From the NCBI GenBank assembly GCA_963825865.1, contig CAWGVG010000009.1, positions 1-64,000 of the forward strand: a DNA stretch of 64,000 nt, read 5' to 3'. The notes under the pieces are model-generated. The model worked only from the letters and a program-made list of their open reading frames with translations, was not told where the DNA came from and made no database searches. The translations under genes were made by a program, and so were the position numbers. This DNA comes from an uncultured Nitrososphaeraceae archaeon. Its GTDB lineage: Archaea; Thermoproteota; Nitrososphaeria; Nitrososphaerales; Nitrososphaeraceae. Shown here piece after piece: positions 59,618 through 64,000 of this stretch (the first letter of the stretch is position 1; each line of letters opens with the position of its first letter).

Positions 59618-60305
59618 AAATAATAATTGGGTCAAGGTTTATGACAATGTTGCCCAATGGTATACAAAATAACTAAGAACTACAAGGAAGAAAAGATGAA
59701 TACACAATAGTCGATGTACGACTCATGATTTCAACAAACCAAACTGCAAATCACATATCGACCAACAATCCAAGAGTTGAGTCATAGTCAGCCTCATCTA
59801 TGAGGTATGGATTATCATCATCACCCACATTAACAGATCTATGTGTTAGTCTGATTGACTTTATAACTGGCATATTAATAAATGAAGTGTCTGAATTTAT
59901 GTCGTTATTTGTTCATAACATAACCTAGATTTGGAAATAGTTAAAGCTTAGCAAAGGACATATTTTCATTCTGTGAATCATCCTTCCAAACTCAAACTTA
60001 CCATAGGACAGAGGAACAAATTAAAGTCATTTATGAAGAATACGGGTAACAAAAAGGAATACCGTAGGCATTGTTAATAGGAGCTGTTCTCATAGTTCCA
60101 AGGATTCTACATGTAGAAAAGCTATGGAAATCTAAAGGTAGTATTGATGGCATTACGACAGCAACTTTCTTTGGAGCAGCAGGTATGGGCAGCATTTATG
60201 AATTTATCTCCCATAGTGAGGGCTTTTGCAGTAGGTATGCCTTTAGTCGAATTTTTATAAGTTTACACGAGGTCTAAAAAGGAACAGATAAGCACAGTTG
60301 CAAAC

Positions 60306-60350
60306 TGACGCTTTTGACGAGGTATTTGACGCTTTTGACGAATATTTTAA
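60306..60350 (+). promoter_or_regulatory. Direct repeat TGACGCTTTTGACGA x2 upstream of a TATA-like box
   Basis: Copies at 60306-60320 and 60327-60341 (21-bp period), followed by TTTTAA. Confidence 0.6.
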
Positions 60351-60380
60351 TAGATCTTACTTCTACAATTACATCATATA

Positions 60381-62076
60381 ATGCCTTCCAAACTTCCTGA
60401 TAATCTTAAATCGCAGGTGATACAAGACTGGCTAAGTGGTAAGCAAAGAGATAAAATCGCAGGAGATAATGGCCTTAGTGCGGGAGCTGTAACAAACACA
60501 GTGAATGAATGGAGACTTGCCTTAGGTTTTTCTGCAGCAGACGGATTGAGGGAGCTTGCTGTTACTCTAAAGAAGATTGGCATCACTCCTGCTCAATGTG
60601 CTCTAGGTTTTAGAATTGCAATGACGATGAATAGATTGGGAGTAAGAGAGGATAAGTTTGAATCATTTATGTCTGATGTTTACAACCGCTGCAACAACCT
60701 GTGGGCTAACGCCAGAAAGCATCGCTTATTATATGACTAACTTGATTGAGTTTTCAAAGACTATACCATTTTCTCAGATATCGGAGTTCATTCAGCAAAA
60801 GGCAGAAGAGAAAATAAAGTTAGAAGAAGAAACCCAAAAGTTAAAGGACCAAATAAAAATTCTAAAGGAGGAAAAATCAAGTAGTGAGGCTCGTCGTACC
60901 TCTGCTTTATACGAAGAAAACATTACTACTGTTCAAGCTAAAATCGTATTCGGAATTAAAAGAATCACTTGGCGGGTACCGGATATCTATCGATGCTGAC
61001 ATTCCAAAATTTGCTAAAGTAGTTCATGGAATAAGTCAAAAGGGTTATGATGTTGGTGAAGTTATAAAACAATTCTCAGATTTAGAATCAGCTGAGGACT
61101 GACTATTGGTCTTATAAAGCATCAATCCCAGATTTGAAAAAGAAATATGATGACTTGAACCAAGAATGTTCTACACTAGAGCAGTCGGTGAATTCCTATA
61201 ACCAAAAACTTTCTTTGTATGATGAGCTGCAAGCTATGGGACTTGGTCTTAAGGAGCTGAAACTGTTGCGCAATACTATTAACGAGATTGCATATGCAAA
61301 TAATATACCTGCAGATCAGGCTCAGCAAAAGTTCTATAAAGATATTGAGGAACATTACGATGATAAGATAGGTTTTGAATTGCAGTTAAATAAACTTCGG
61401 TCCGAGATTTCTACTGTTAATATCAACTTAAATGTCTTACGAACAGCATTGCTTGCTCAACCATTGGTCGCACCATCGTTACAAAGGCTTTTTTCCAAAG
61501 GAGTAGTCGAGCAGGATATTGTTGAGCTTGCAAACTTCTTATTTGAAATATTTAATGTTATCGATGGTGGGAGGAGCACCAATGCAGATAAACAATCTCT
61601 TATGAGCGGATTGCAGAAATATGGTGGCGTAAAAACTATAATACAAAAATTAAATCAACAAGCAGATGAATTAAGAAATCAAATATATCAACTACAAAGA
61701 CAGAAGCAAGATTTGAAGGAACAGAACCAAAAGATGCTTTCCATTTTAGCATATTCAAAGCCGCTTGTTGAGTTTTTAGATGGATCGGCTCATTCATTTA
61801 GTAACGATGAAGATAATATAACACCCCTCACACTGATTGCATGTATTTTGTATATTTTGTACCTTCGTTACGTAGGAGTTGAAAAATTGGCAGATGATGA
61901 TCTTAACAAATTATTTGTAACTGCTGCTAGACGCTGCCAGAGGTGAAAGCTGTTTCTATTCCAGATTTGAAGTTGGCTATCGGAAAAGCTCTTAGAGCTT
62001 TGATAGACAAATTAGATAGCAAGTCGCAGCCTAACGAAGATATTTCGCTGATTAATAACCAGCAAAACAAGCAATA
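60381..62076 (+). CDS. N-terminal HTH plus long coiled-coil protein (multiple frameshifts)
   Basis: WLSGKQRDKIAGDNGLSAGAVTNTV (HTH); heptad-rich segments in consecutive ORFs. Confidence 0.7.
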
Positions 62077-62640
62077 ATGTGGTGTATATCTGGTACAGTA
62101 TTTGACGTCAAATCAACATATCAGAAATATCGAAAATTACCGGAATACAAAGCCAAACTATACAAGCATATTCTTGCTAATTCTTGAGTTTCGCTTCAGA
62201 ATGTGACACCTAATCTTTCTCAGCCTTGAATATATGTATCGGTTATCCTATCTAATGATAAGATGATGATGGTAATAGTATTATTGCCGTTGAAAAATAT
62301 ACCAGCAGAGAGTATGACAACGAAGACTGTTATCCTATTATTATTGGTGAGTACATCATTACATTTTGTATATTTGGTCATTACATTAACACGTGACGCA
62401 AAATTGTTATAAAATTATATCCTTTAACGGTTAAAGTTAAGGTTGAAGCATGAATATTTGGTTTACGTTTAGTTAATGATAGCAGGTAGAAATTCGATGT
62501 TTTTCATTGGAAACACAATGAATGCACTAAAAATCACTTTTTTTAACATTTTTAGTAAAAGAAAAAAAGAAGATAGTCCCTGTGATATTTCTTCTTGGTT
62601 GTGCTGCACTTAATGCAGCAAACCAATTAGGTGTTGAAGA

Positions 62641-63754
62641 CTAGGCTGTAGCTGTCGCATTAGTAGATGGTCCTGCAACTACTTCACTACCCTTTGGAGG
62701 TACCCATGTCCCTGCTGGATGGTCAGTTGCAGTTGAACTAGCATTAGCTATTACAGCAAATGCTCCACCTTTCAAAACATGGTTCATAGAATGATCGACT
62801 CCTACATAGATACCTGCTTCTGGAAATGTTGATTCAATAACTGAAGCTGAACCTGGTGGAATCCACCATGTTTGTCCGTTCTCAAGTTGGGTGCCATATC
62901 TATTCTTAATTGAACCATCATGTACACTAATTATTCCACCGATGAAAGTGAAATGATACGCCGTTATTGGGACCTGCATTGACAACATACCATCTTGTGA
63001 GTTCACCTGGCTTGACCATGAATGGTTTAGCATCCTTGTTAAGCTCAATTTTGACAATTTGGCCGATTGATGGTACATATTTAAAAGCCATGCCATTGGT
63101 TAAGCTCAAATCTGGTTGGTCATTGACGAATTTAGTCATATTAAATGAACCAGTTTTCCCGTTCGTTCCTATGAATAATCCTTTGTCTGCACTGTTGTAA
63201 TTTTCACCAAAAACCATATAGAATTCTTTGGCTGGTTGTTCATTTTGTGGATGTACTACAATACCACCATACATGCCGCTAGCAATATGTTCCCATATAC
63301 CATTAAGAGCGTCGGCACTGCAGTGATAAAAGAAAACACCTGCATAATCACCTTGCAATGACCAAGTCTTAGATTCACCAGGTTTTACAGGACCAGAATT
63401 TGCCTTGGTGGCACCAAACCCTGCATGAAAGTCCATACTATGTACGAGTGTACCATTATTCTTTAGTGTGATTTCCAATGTATCTCCCTGATCAATAGCA
63501 ATTACTGGACCAGGAATCGTACCGTTGAAAACCATCGCATTATATTTTATTCCACCCGGATGAAGCGCGTCATCTGGAGCAACCTGCACTACTTTTTCAC
63601 TTGCAACTAATAGAACTTTTTTTGTTTTTCCTGTAGGTGCTTGTGCGTGTGCCTGGAATGGAGACTTCCCCAACATAACAGGACTAAAAAGAAGCCCCGC
63701 AATAAGAACACCCGCTACAATACCTGCAACAATAACCTTGTTCATCGAGGCCAA
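62641..63754 (-). CDS. nirK: Copper-containing nitrite reductase, AOA-type (frameshift ~62935)
   Basis: FNGTIPGP, HSMDFH, YHC...EHIASGMYG, NAGPN...FHFIG, YVGVDH. Confidence 0.88.
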
Positions 63755-64000
63755 TTGATAGATTTCACTATTAAAAAGCTTTCGATATTTCTATGTAGTA
63801 TTTCTTACATTACATTATTAATAGGAAAACAGTTTAGCTCTTTAATATATACTTTTATCTATCTGTTACGCTTTACTCCTATAATTTGTCACCATTTTTA
63901 TCATCCTTAAGTAAATCTATTATTCCATAGATTGGTTGTCCTTTAAAGTAATTGGCAGTTATATTAGAGTCTAGAGCAATGTATATTGTATTTAGCCTTT

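Noticed and set aside
1-64000. Pervasive frameshifts read as programmed frameshifting or mass pseudogenisation
   Set aside because: They also hit essential genes (guaB, dph2, leuC, purP, herA, nirK), so sequencing indel error is simpler; the functional status of cassette copy 1 cannot be decided from this sequence.
1-64000. tRNA or rRNA genes and att sites near the integrases
   Set aside because: No cloverleaf-like GC-rich segment or exact flanking direct repeat found by eye; tRNAscan-SE would be decisive.

Overview
AT-rich archaeal DNA, most likely a soil ammonia-oxidising archaeon (Nitrososphaeraceae), judged from AOA-type nirK, cofE, dph2, purP, herA-mre11-rad50 and poly-Q/N/T-rich accessory genes. 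Single-base frameshifts also hit housekeeping genes (guaB, dph2, leuC, herA, purP, nirK), so most indels are probably long-read assembly errors. Positions ~1-21150 and ~56000-62300 are accessory regions with IS elements, broken tyrosine integrases, receiver proteins and surface proteins; the middle is mostly core genes. The main finding is a five-gene cassette at ~14300-21073: radA, a 628-aa RPA-like OB-fold/Zn-ribbon protein with an apparent Argonaute/Piwi-type L1-PAZ lobe inserted into its second OB fold, a Walker-A-less RadA-like protein, an arCOG07300-like small protein apparently starting at ATA, and a family B DNA polymerase with intact polymerase motifs but degenerate proofreading motifs. 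A decayed second copy of its distal part lies inverted at 38041-41412. Other observations: three MITEs with readable TIRs/TSDs, a putative PKD-TM-HNH-TM membrane nuclease, HTH-coiled-coil genes with quadruple upstream direct repeats, a NarX-like sensor kinase and a half-size DOHH-like HEAT protein. All family assignments are by-eye motif recognition, not database searches.
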